Shown: positions 1 through 8,095 of the stretch, piece after piece
Numbering within the stretch: position 1 is the first letter of the stretch
Layout of the letters: each line of letters starts with the position of its first letter
Assembly: GCA_963822585.1 (NCBI GenBank)
Contig: CAWGIE010000008.1
Location: forward strand, 63,226-127,225
Direction: 5' to 3'
DNA length: 64,000 bases
DNA from: an uncultured bacterium
GTDB taxonomy: Bacteria > Auribacterota > Erginobacteria > Erginobacterales > Erginobacteraceae
Position numbers and translations under genes: made by a program
Notes under the pieces: model-generated
What the model saw: only the letters and a program-made list of their open reading frames with translations
Database searches by the model: none
Told to the model about the DNA's origin: nothing

Positions 1-549
1 CTCAAGCCGCAGGCCAAGGACGCGATCAGGAAATTCGGTTCACTGAAAGGGGTATTGAACGCCTTACCCGAACAGCTGCAGGAGATTAAAGGCCTGGGCC
101 CGAAGAACATTTTCGGCCTTCGGCTGGCCCGGGAGATAGCTTCGCTTTATCTGAGGGAGAAGGCGCGGGAGAAACCCCTGGCCGGTTCCCCCCGGGCGGT
201 CTATAATTTTCTTCGGCAGGCTCTGGGAGGGCTGCCGAACGAGGTATTCCAGGTTATCTTCCTCAATAACGCCAATAAAATCATCGAGGCCGAGCAGCTC
301 TTCCAGGGCACCGTCGACCGTTCGGCGATTCATCCCCGGGAAGTCATCAAGGCCGCTTTAAAAAATAACGCCACCCGGGTTATTTTCGCCCACAACCATC
401 CGGGAGGGAGTCTTCGTCCCAGCGCCGAAGATAATGAGATCACCGCCCGCTTGAAGGCTGCCTGCGGCGCTGTCGGGATCGATGTCCTCGATCATATTAT
501 CGTGACCGGAGACGGCTATTTCAGCATGGCGGAACATGGACTGATCTAA
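1..549 (+). CDS. radC: RadC/JAB-domain protein (UPF0758), 5'-truncated by the window edge
   Basis: Frame +1 is open from base 1 (LKPQAKDAIRKFGSLKGVLN...). HhH-like IKGLGPK and JAB motif E...HNHPGG...S..D...LDHII. Confidence 0.9.
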   Translation, partial: LKPQAKDAIRKFGSLKGVLNALPEQLQEIKGLGPKNIFGLRLAREIASLYLREKAREKPLAGSPRAVYNFLRQALGGLPNEVFQVIFLNNANKIIEAEQLFQGTVDRSAIHPREVIKAALKNNATRVIFAHNHPGGSLRPSAEDNEITARLKAACGAVGIDVLDHIIVTGDGYFSMAEHGLI

Positions 550-610
550 AGTGCGGACGATGATGGTTGATTGGAATCATGGGGGATGCAAAAGATACAG
601 GTTAACTAAA

Positions 611-714
611 ATGGAGTGTTGGAGTATTGGAATGATGGAGTGATGGGGAACCGGGGAAGCACGCCCGGCTCCCGGCGCCCATTATTCCACCACTCCATCA
701 CTCCAGTACTCCAT
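611..714. repeat. Family A inverted-arm element (GGAGTRWT 8-mer x4, GC-rich spacer, reverse-complement 8-mers)
   Basis: atggagtgttggagtattggaatgatggagtgatgg ... ccattattccaccactccatcactccagtactccat. Confidence 0.9.
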
Positions 715-763
715 TCATACATGTGTAACCGGTCTGATAAATTTTTAAACGTGAGATAATCTG

Positions 764-1396
764 ATGATCATTAAACGACTCACCGTCGGGCCTCTGCAGG
801 CGAACTGCTACGTCCTGGCGGATGACGACGGGAAAGCGGCGATCATCGATCCCGGCGGGGATCCGGATGAGATCTCCTCGGTAATCCGAAGGGAGAATTT
901 GACCCCGGTTATCCTGATCAACACCCATGGCCACGTCGATCATATCGCCGCCAACCGCGCCCTGAAAGACCGCTACGAGGTGCCCCTGGCGATCCATCAG
1001 GAGGATGCCGCTTCCCTGACCGATCCGGCTTTAAATCTGAGCGACCTCGGCCTCGGTCGTATCGACTCGCCGCCCTGTGACCGGGAACTCCGGGATGGCG
1101 ATGAGGTCATAGTTGGGCGGCTGAAATTGGAGGTCCTTGCCACCCCCGGGCACAGCCCGGGAAGCATATGCCTGCTTCTTTCCCGCCCGGACGAGCCGGA
1201 TATCCTCTTTACCGGAGACACCCTCTTCGCCGGGGGAGTCGGCCGCACTGATTTCCCCGGAGGCTCCATGAATCAACTCATGGAGAGTATCAGGAATCGC
1301 CTGCTGTCTTTGCCGGAGGATACGATTATCCTGCCCGGTCATGGACCCCATTCTTCGATCGGTGAAGAAAGGAATTCCAATCCCTTTATAACTTAA
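764..1396 (+). CDS. MBL-fold metallo-hydrolase (glyoxalase II-like)
   Basis: THGHVDH, TPGHSPGS, FTGDTLF and PGHG motifs. Confidence 0.92.
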   Translation: MIIKRLTVGPLQANCYVLADDDGKAAIIDPGGDPDEISSVIRRENLTPVILINTHGHVDHIAANRALKDRYEVPLAIHQEDAASLTDPALNLSDLGLGRIDSPPCDRELRDGDEVIVGRLKLEVLATPGHSPGSICLLLSRPDEPDILFTGDTLFAGGVGRTDFPGGSMNQLMESIRNRLLSLPEDTIILPGHGPHSSIGEERNSNPFIT

Positions 1397-1412
1397 TTTT
1401 TTTGATGGAATA

Positions 1413-2381
1413 ATGGTGGAAAAAACCCCGCAGGAAATAATAATAAGCCAACAGAATGATGGCGGCCACGTTCAAAACATACATTTTCCACAGGAAAATG
1501 TATATCTGGATGAGTTCATCGCCTACCTCGATATCGAACGCGGGCTGAGTCCCAATACGACCGGCAGTTACCGGACGGATTTGGAAAAATTCAGCAGATT
1601 TCTGAATCGTAAGGGCAGAAGAGGGTTTGAAGAGGTTGCGCGGGACGATGTGATTGATTTCTTAATGGCTGAGAAAGATCGCGGCCTGACCCCGCGGTCC
1701 CTCTCCCGGGCGTTGGTCTCCATCCGGATGCTCTTCCGCTTCCTGACCCTGGAGGGATACCTGAGACGGGATGTGACCGAAGTGGTGGAGTCGCCCCGTC
1801 TCTGGAAGATTCTCCCCCAGGTTCTCTCGATCGCCGAAGTGGACTCCCTGCTTCGCCAGCCGGATATTTCCACCCCCCTGGGCATACGGGACCGGGCGAT
1901 TCTGGAACTTCTCTATGCCAGCGGGTTGCGGGCCTCGGAATTGATCGGCCTCAGGGTGGAGGACATCAATCTTCAGTCTGGTTTTGTCCGCGCCTGGGGG
2001 AAAGGCTCTCGGGAGAGGATCGTCCCTCTGGGCAGTAAAGCCGCCCGTGCTCTTGATGAATATCTGCGGAACGTGCGGCCCCTGCTGTTGAAAGGGGCCG
2101 GCTCGCCGTATCTGTTCCTGTCTCGCCGGGGAAAGCCCTTTACGCGCCAGTGGTTGTGGTGTCTGCTCAAAAAGTACATGCTCGGGGCGGGGATTAAAAA
2201 ACAAGCCAGCCCGCACACGCTCCGCCATTCGTTTGCCACCCATCTTCTCAGCCAGGGGGCCGACCTCAGGGTTGTCCAGGAGATGCTCGGCCATTCAAAC
2301 ATCAGTACTACCCAGATTTATACCCATGTTGACCGTGAGCACCTGAAGGAAGTGCACCGGCGATTTCATCCGCGGGGATAA
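1413..2381 (+). CDS. xerD: Site-specific tyrosine recombinase XerD
   Basis: LLYASGLRASEL, GKGSRERIVP, SPHTLRHSFATHLL, LGHSNISTTQIYTHV, C-terminal HPRG. The true start may be slightly downstream. Confidence 0.9.
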   Translation: MVEKTPQEIIISQQNDGGHVQNIHFPQENVYLDEFIAYLDIERGLSPNTTGSYRTDLEKFSRFLNRKGRRGFEEVARDDVIDFLMAEKDRGLTPRSLSRALVSIRMLFRFLTLEGYLRRDVTEVVESPRLWKILPQVLSIAEVDSLLRQPDISTPLGIRDRAILELLYASGLRASELIGLRVEDINLQSGFVRAWGKGSRERIVPLGSKAARALDEYLRNVRPLLLKGAGSPYLFLSRRGKPFTRQWLWCLLKKYMLGAGIKKQASPHTLRHSFATHLLSQGADLRVVQEMLGHSNISTTQIYTHVDREHLKEVHRRFHPRG

Positions 2382-2449
2382 AATCGCGGGATGTTCTTTC
2401 CCCCCCGGAACACCACCGGATCCCCCATTACCGGTTCGGAAAATTCTTC

Positions 2450-2481
2450 TTGCTATCTGTAAACCTTTTAACTATTATAAT
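2450..2481 (+). promoter_or_regulatory. Putative sigma70 promoter
   Basis: TTGCTA-17 nt-TATTAT, with an overlapping TATAAT. Confidence 0.45.
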
Positions 2482-2758
2482 GAAAATTATTGTCTCGACG
2501 AATTTTTATAAATATGTTCCTGTTGCGGAATTTCAATAATCGGAAAAATCCGATTATCGAAATTCCGAAACAAACGAAAAAGCAACCAAAACAACAATTT
2601 TTGTTTTTTCCTGTCTAATACTAAGAACGTACCGTTATGGATTAAGCAGTCGGATACGAACTCATTTTTGGATTGCCATTAAGCTGTTTTAAGTTTTAAA
2701 AGCGAATATTCACTACATTAGTGGCAAAGCCGCTAATGTACGAAGGAGGTCATACGCC

Positions 2759-3676
2759 ATGTTCTCAAAAAAGTTATTGATTGTTGACGATGAAAAGCAG
2801 GTCAGGGAACTGTTGTATCAATACTTTGATCGGTTGGGTTTTTCGGTTAAAGCGGTTTCTTCGGGGAAAGAAGCCCTGCAGAAGATGGAGTCGTTTATAC
2901 CGAATCTGGTGCTTCTTGATTATATGATGCCGGGGACCAATGGATTGGAAGTATTTCCGGATATTAAAAAGCTGTTTCCCTTTGCCAAGGTCATCATTCT
3001 GACCGGGAGGGGATCGGAAGAGATCGCGGTCAAAGCCCTGAAGGTGGGGGTTAACGATTACATCACCAAGCCGTTTGAATTGTCCCGGATTCGCGACGTG
3101 GTACGGTTTTATCTCGACCAGCAGCAGGAGGAATTGATCTGGCTGAATGGAAAATATCACTACCCGCTGGAGGATGAGTTCCTTAACCGGTATGAATATC
3201 TGCGTCTGGTGCATGCCCAGGCCGATCTGGGGGTCAAGACCATCAGCTCTTTTTTCAGCTTTTCCCGCCAGGATTTTTATAATTACCTGAATAAGTTCAA
3301 GGAATGGGGACTACTGGGGATTATCGGTCAACGGGAATTGAAGAAATTGATCTCCGAATACGGGGAGACCAGGCTTTACATAAAAAAACTGCCCGGATTT
3401 CTCCCCTTTCCTTTCCTGGAGGAAAAAGCCGAAGGAAAAACATACAGTCTTCGTTCATTCTTGAACTGGAGAGATCCCGCTCAGGTAAAGCTGGAGATGA
3501 TCCGGGAGGCGGCAACCGCCGAGAAACCCCATGTCGGATCGATCTGCAAGAAATACGGGATAACCCGGGAAGCCTTTTATCAGAATTATCGCGCGTTCGA
3601 AGCGCGGGGTATTTTCGGCCTGCTCCGAAGGAAAAAAGGCCGGCCCCGGAAGGACGCGCCGAAAAGCGCAGCTTAA
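2759..3676 (+). CDS. Orphan response regulator: REC domain plus two tandem HTH-like modules
   Basis: LIVDDE, LLDYMMP (phospho-Asp), ILTG, YITKPF; RBS gaaggagg. Two C-terminal repeats of pattern SRxxFYxxxxxFxxxGxxGLL. Confidence 0.85.
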   Translation: MFSKKLLIVDDEKQVRELLYQYFDRLGFSVKAVSSGKEALQKMESFIPNLVLLDYMMPGTNGLEVFPDIKKLFPFAKVIILTGRGSEEIAVKALKVGVNDYITKPFELSRIRDVVRFYLDQQQEELIWLNGKYHYPLEDEFLNRYEYLRLVHAQADLGVKTISSFFSFSRQDFYNYLNKFKEWGLLGIIGQRELKKLISEYGETRLYIKKLPGFLPFPFLEEKAEGKTYSLRSFLNWRDPAQVKLEMIREAATAEKPHVGSICKKYGITREAFYQNYRAFEARGIFGLLRRKKGRPRKDAPKSAA

Positions 3677-3717
3677 TCAGCGGGTTTGATCTTCCGGCTG
3701 GCGTGCGCAAGCTATTT

Positions 3718-3797
3718 ACCACGAAGTCCACGAAGGTCACGAAGAAAATCAGGGTAAGTACTCTCTCCTCTTCGTGAACTTCGTGCTCTGCGTGGTT
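3718..3797. repeat. Family B inverted-arm element (CACGAAGnn 9-mers / CTTCGTG)
   Basis: accacgaagtccacgaaggtcacgaag ... cttcgtgaacttcgtgctctgcgtggt. Confidence 0.85.
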
Positions 3798-4092
3798 TTT
3801 TATTTTTTCTGTGAAAAAATAAAAAAGTATGAAACGTGTGTACTGCGGCTAACAGATGCCTCAAAAATAAAAGTTGGTTGAGGTTATGGGGCCTTTCTAT
3901 AATAGTGAATCGATGTAAGATTTGTATTTATGTAGGTCGGTGGGAAATCCCATCAGGTCGATTCTGAAATATTTTTTTGTCCTATTCAATCACATCCGAT
4001 CGTCTGTTCAGCAAAGGGGCCGAGGTTGGGGGTGAAAAAGATTTAATCGTCTGTGTTAATAAGTTGCCCAATCGAAGCGAGAGCTAAGTTCC

Positions 4093-5403
4093 ATGAAAGA
4101 TGAACCCTTTGATCTCAACCCGATCATCAACGAGAGACTCTCTCCCGGTCTGCAAGGAGTCCTCCGCCGTGTCGGTCGCTTCGCCGACTCGCGCGGCTGG
4201 CATGTCTTCTGCGTGGGAGGGTCGGTCCGCGATGTGCTGCTGGGCGGAAGAGCCAGCTTCGATCTGGACATACTGGTGGAGGCTCATGGCTTGGAATTCG
4301 CCCGTGCCTTCGCCCGGTCGGTCCACGGCCTCTGTAAGCTCTATCGACGTTTCGCCACCGCCATGGTGATCCTCCCCGGCGGAATCAAGATCGATGTCAC
4401 TACCACCCGGGATGAATTTTATCCCGAGCCCGGGGCGTTGCCCCGGATCATCCCCGGTTCCCTGGAAGAAGACCTCCGCCGCCGGGATTTCACCATCAAC
4501 GCGATGGCTTTTTCCCTCAATGAAGGGCGCTTCGGCCGGTTGATCGACCTCAGCGGGGGAATGTCCGACCTCCGGGCCCGTATTATCAGGGTGCTCCACG
4601 AAGAAAGCTTCCGTGACGATCCGACCCGTGTCTTTCGGGCGGTCCGCTTCCAGCAGCGTCTCGGTTTTTCGATTGAGCCTCGAACTGAAGAACTGATGAA
4701 GACAGCGGTCGATCTGAAGCTGTTCGAGAAAGTATCCCCGGAACGGCTGCGGCATGAGCTGGAACTGATCTTTGAAGAACCTGATCCGCCTTCCGCCGTC
4801 GCCGCCATGGCCAGATATGACGAACTCCGATTTATCCATCCCCGTCTCACCTATTCGCGTGAGCTGGCGGTTCTTCTGGAGCGCCTCAGAGAAAATTACG
4901 ATTGGTTCAGGCATACGTTCCCTCAGGAAACGATCTCCCGGTTCCGGCTCTATTTCGGCGCCCTTCTTCTCGCCCTTGCCTTCCCCGAAATCGCCGCCGC
5001 GGGGGAGAGGTTCAATCTCGCGCGGCGTTTTCTCGATCAGCTGCTCGCTGAAAAAAGAGAAGCGGTTGAGAACGACCGGATTTTATCCGCCCCCGAGGAT
5101 ATTCCTCCCAGCCGGGTTTTTTCCCTGCTCCGGGGGCGCCTCGATGAGATGGTTCTGATGGCCATGTCCCGAATCGCTGCGCCGGCGGGGGTGCGCCGGA
5201 TAAAGACATTTCTGACCGATTACCGCGGGATTACCGGTCTGATCAACGGCGAGGATTTGAGGGGACTCGGATTATCCCCGGGTCCGGAGTATAAGCGGAT
5301 TCTGGATCAACTGCTCTTCGGCCGCCTCGACGGTATGGTTCACTCGCGGGAAGAAGAACTCAGGTTGGCTCGTCAGTTGGTTGACAAGGTGAAGGAAGGT
5401 TGA
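4093..5403 (+). CDS. cca: Class II tRNA nucleotidyltransferase (CCA- or A-adding)
   Basis: VGGSVRD, DLDILV, EDLRRRDFTINAMA, SFRDDPTRVFRAVRF. Confidence 0.88.
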   Translation: MKDEPFDLNPIINERLSPGLQGVLRRVGRFADSRGWHVFCVGGSVRDVLLGGRASFDLDILVEAHGLEFARAFARSVHGLCKLYRRFATAMVILPGGIKIDVTTTRDEFYPEPGALPRIIPGSLEEDLRRRDFTINAMAFSLNEGRFGRLIDLSGGMSDLRARIIRVLHEESFRDDPTRVFRAVRFQQRLGFSIEPRTEELMKTAVDLKLFEKVSPERLRHELELIFEEPDPPSAVAAMARYDELRFIHPRLTYSRELAVLLERLRENYDWFRHTFPQETISRFRLYFGALLLALAFPEIAAAGERFNLARRFLDQLLAEKREAVENDRILSAPEDIPPSRVFSLLRGRLDEMVLMAMSRIAAPAGVRRIKTFLTDYRGITGLINGEDLRGLGLSPGPEYKRILDQLLFGRLDGMVHSREEELRLARQLVDKVKEG

Positions 5404-5431
5404 TATATACAGTGGCACCAATACCTCGGGA

Positions 5432-5528
5432 ATGGAACATCGGCAGAATGGAGTGATGGAGGGGTGGGGTAACGGGGGGGCGTTTTCCAGCACTCCAGTA
5501 CTCCAGTACTCCTTCACTCCAGTACTCC
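5432..5528. repeat. Family A inverted-arm element
   Basis: atggagtgatggagg ... ccagcactccagtactccagtactccttcactccagtactcc. Confidence 0.85.
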
Positions 5529-5567
5529 GGAACAGTATCCCCGAAAGAAAGACAGGATATCTTTTTT

Positions 5568-6566
5568 ATGACGGAAACAGAAAACAGTGCTTTTCCCCGG
5601 ACAATCTTAAGCGGGATACGGCCGACCGGCCCTCTTCACCTCGGCCACCTCTTCGGCGCTCTTTTTAACTGGGCCTCCCTCCAGGACGAATACCGGTGTT
5701 ATTACATGGTTGCCGACTGGCACGCATTTTTAAGCGAGTACGAAAACCCGGGCATGGTCAGGGAATATACCAGGGAGTGTGTTGCCGACTGGCTCAGTGT
5801 CGGGCTTGACCCCGAAAGAAGCACTATCTTTGTTCAGTCCGACGTGCAAGAACATGCCGAGCTCCATTTGATATTATCGTCACTGACCCCCCTGCCGTGG
5901 CTGGAGCGGTGTCCGACCTACAAGGAACAGTTGCGGGAGATCAAGGGGCGGGATCTGCTGACGTACGGTTTTCTGGGGTATCCCGTTCTGCAGGCGGCGG
6001 ATATCATGATCTACCGGGCCACCGCCGTTCCGGTCGGGCGCGACCAGGTCCCCCATGTGGAACTTACCCGGGAGATCGCCCGCCGCTTCAATAATCTGTA
6101 CGGTTCTGTTTTTCCCGAGCCCAAACCCCTCCTGACCGAGTCTTCCAAGCTGCCGGGCCTGGACAAGAGGAAGATGAGCAAAAGTTACGACAATTTTATT
6201 GCTCTCTCCGATCCCCCGGAACTGATCCGGGAAAAAGTGAGGGGGATGATAACCGACACCCGCCGTGTCCGGCTCCGGGATCCGGGCCATCCGGAAGACT
6301 GCAATGTCTTCACCTACCACCGGCTTTTCAGCGCCGGACAGTTGCCGGAGGTGGAGGACTGGTGCCGGAACGCGAAGCTCGGCTGTACGGAATGCAAGAA
6401 ATGCCTGGCAGAAGCCCTGATCGGGTTCCTGGAACCGTTACAGGAAAAAAGAAAATACTGGCTCGATGACACCAGGATTGATGATGTACTGAAAGAGGGA
6501 GCCGCCCGTGCCCGGCGCGCCGCGGCGGAAACTCTCTCCCTGGCCCGAGAGGCGATGGGGATATAG
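5568..6566 (+). CDS. trpS: Tryptophan--tRNA ligase
   Basis: SGIRPTGPLHLGH, YPVLQAADI, VPVGRDQ, KMSKS. Confidence 0.97.
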   Translation: MTETENSAFPRTILSGIRPTGPLHLGHLFGALFNWASLQDEYRCYYMVADWHAFLSEYENPGMVREYTRECVADWLSVGLDPERSTIFVQSDVQEHAELHLILSSLTPLPWLERCPTYKEQLREIKGRDLLTYGFLGYPVLQAADIMIYRATAVPVGRDQVPHVELTREIARRFNNLYGSVFPEPKPLLTESSKLPGLDKRKMSKSYDNFIALSDPPELIREKVRGMITDTRRVRLRDPGHPEDCNVFTYHRLFSAGQLPEVEDWCRNAKLGCTECKKCLAEALIGFLEPLQEKRKYWLDDTRIDDVLKEGAARARRAAAETLSLAREAMGI

Positions 6567-6598
6567 AACTCTACCCGCACTTCGTTCAGGCACTTTTA

Positions 6599-7363
6599 AT
6601 GGAAGATCACCAATTCCAACTGGAAATTTTCGAGGGGCCGCTTGACCTTCTGCTCTATCTGATCAGGAAGAACGAGGTCGATATTTACAACATCCCTATA
6701 CAGAAAATCACTGAGCAGTATCTGAAATACATCGAGCTGATGAAGATCCTGGATCTTGATATAGCCGGTGAATTTCTGGCTATGGCAACGACGTTGATGC
6801 ATATTAAATCGCGACTTCTCCTCCCTCCCGAAGAAAGAGAGGAAGAGGAGGAGGAAGAAGATCCCCGCTGGGATCTGGTCCGGCAGTTACTGGAATACAA
6901 GCAGTTCAAAGAGGCGGCGGATACATTCCATAAACTCGAACTTGACCAGGAGAAGACATTTCCCCGGACCGGAGTTGTCGCTGATCCGGTTCCTTCCAGT
7001 GAATTGCCCCTGGAAGATATCGACCTCTTCCAGCTTCTTGACGCCTTTTCTCAGGTATTGAACGAGGCTGAAAAGCGGCGGCCGCCCGAATTCGAACCGG
7101 ATAACTTTACCCTGGAGGACGGTCGAAGGCGGGTTCTGGAGAGGATGCGCCTTCGGGACCCGATTTTATTTCACCTCTTATTCGAGAAAGGAGAATCGCG
7201 AACTCGGATCGTGGTCGTTTTTTTGGCCCTGCTGGAGTTGATACGGCAGAAACTGGTTCAGGTTTTTCAGCAGGGTCACTTCAGTGAGATCATGATCCGG
7301 GGGACGAATAATGCCTGCCGGAGAGCAGACGAGAATGACGAAATTCGAATGACGAAAGAATGA
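6599..7363 (+). CDS. scpA: Segregation/condensation protein A
   Basis: FEGPLDLLLYLI, FLALLEL. Confidence 0.95.
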   Translation: MEDHQFQLEIFEGPLDLLLYLIRKNEVDIYNIPIQKITEQYLKYIELMKILDLDIAGEFLAMATTLMHIKSRLLLPPEEREEEEEEEDPRWDLVRQLLEYKQFKEAADTFHKLELDQEKTFPRTGVVADPVPSSELPLEDIDLFQLLDAFSQVLNEAEKRRPPEFEPDNFTLEDGRRRVLERMRLRDPILFHLLFEKGESRTRIVVVFLALLELIRQKLVQVFQQGHFSEIMIRGTNNACRRADENDEIRMTKE

Positions 7364-7426
7364 CGGAATCAACAAGGCGAATTTCCCTTCGGATTCCGAC
7401 ATTAATTTGGGTATCATAGTGTCGTA

Positions 7427-8095
7427 ATGAGTGAAAAGAAACAGCTCGATTTAAAGCGCGTGGTGGAAGCGATGCTTTTTGTGTCCTCGGAGCCTCTTCC
7501 GGTCTCCCGTCTCGAGGAGCTGACCCGGGAAATATGGCAGGAGGGAGAAAGCCTGAGGAAAATACTGACGGACCTGGAGCGTGAATATGATGAGGAGGGG
7601 CGGAGTTTTTCGATCAGGAAGGTGGCCAATGGCTATCAGTTGAGGACCAGGGATTTGTATGCTCCCTGGATCAGAAAACTGTATACCACCCGCCGGACGG
7701 TTCATCTCTCCAAACCGGCGCTGGAAACCCTGGCCATCATCGCCTACAAGCAGCCGATCACCAAGACCGAGATCGAACTGATCAGGGGGGTCAATGTGGA
7801 TGGTATTTTGAAGAGTCTGCTTGAACGGGAGCTGATCAAAATAGCGGGCCAGAAGGAAGTCGTGGGGCGTCCGTATCTCTACCGGACCTGTCGGAGGTTT
7901 CTGGAGTACTTCGGGCTGAACTCCTTGGCGGATCTTCCGCCGCTGGATGCGAGAGAAACGCCGACCGCGAAAAAGATTGCCACCACCAGCGACTTGAGAC
8001 ATGAGGTGCCGGAAGTAAGCAGTCAGGAAGAAAGAGAAGGCGAGGGGGATGAAGAAACTCCGGATAAAGCAGGAAGTCCCGATAATTCGGGGTAG
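7427..8095 (+). CDS. scpB: Segregation/condensation protein B
   Basis: LSKPALETLAIIAYKQPIT, IRGV, GRPYLY, FLEYFGL. Confidence 0.95.
   Translation: MSEKKQLDLKRVVEAMLFVSSEPLPVSRLEELTREIWQEGESLRKILTDLEREYDEEGRSFSIRKVANGYQLRTRDLYAPWIRKLYTTRRTVHLSKPALETLAIIAYKQPITKTEIELIRGVNVDGILKSLLERELIKIAGQKEVVGRPYLYRTCRRFLEYFGLNSLADLPPLDARETPTAKKIATTSDLRHEVPEVSSQEEREGEGDEETPDKAGSPDNSG

Larger units (their letters stand above)
2516..4092 (+). mobile_element. Putative cassette-like element carrying the response-regulator gene, bounded by conserved left and right ends and a GTTCC direct repeat
   Basis: Left end gttcc-tgttgcggaatttcaataat (2516-2540), right end aagttgcccaatcgaagcgagagctaa-gttcc (4061-4092). Both ends recur elsewhere in the window. 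Confidence 0.55.

Noticed and set aside
1413..2381. XerD as an integron or cassette integrase
   Set aside because: It looks like a housekeeping XerD (HPRG end, no obvious IntI-specific insertion). Adjacency to the first cassette may be coincidental.
2713..2741. Hairpin tacattagtggc-aaa-gccgctaatgta as a c-di-GMP riboswitch or sigma54 site
   Set aside because: It lacks the second conserved riboswitch stem and the -12 TTGC element; only a hairpin next to the RBS can be supported.
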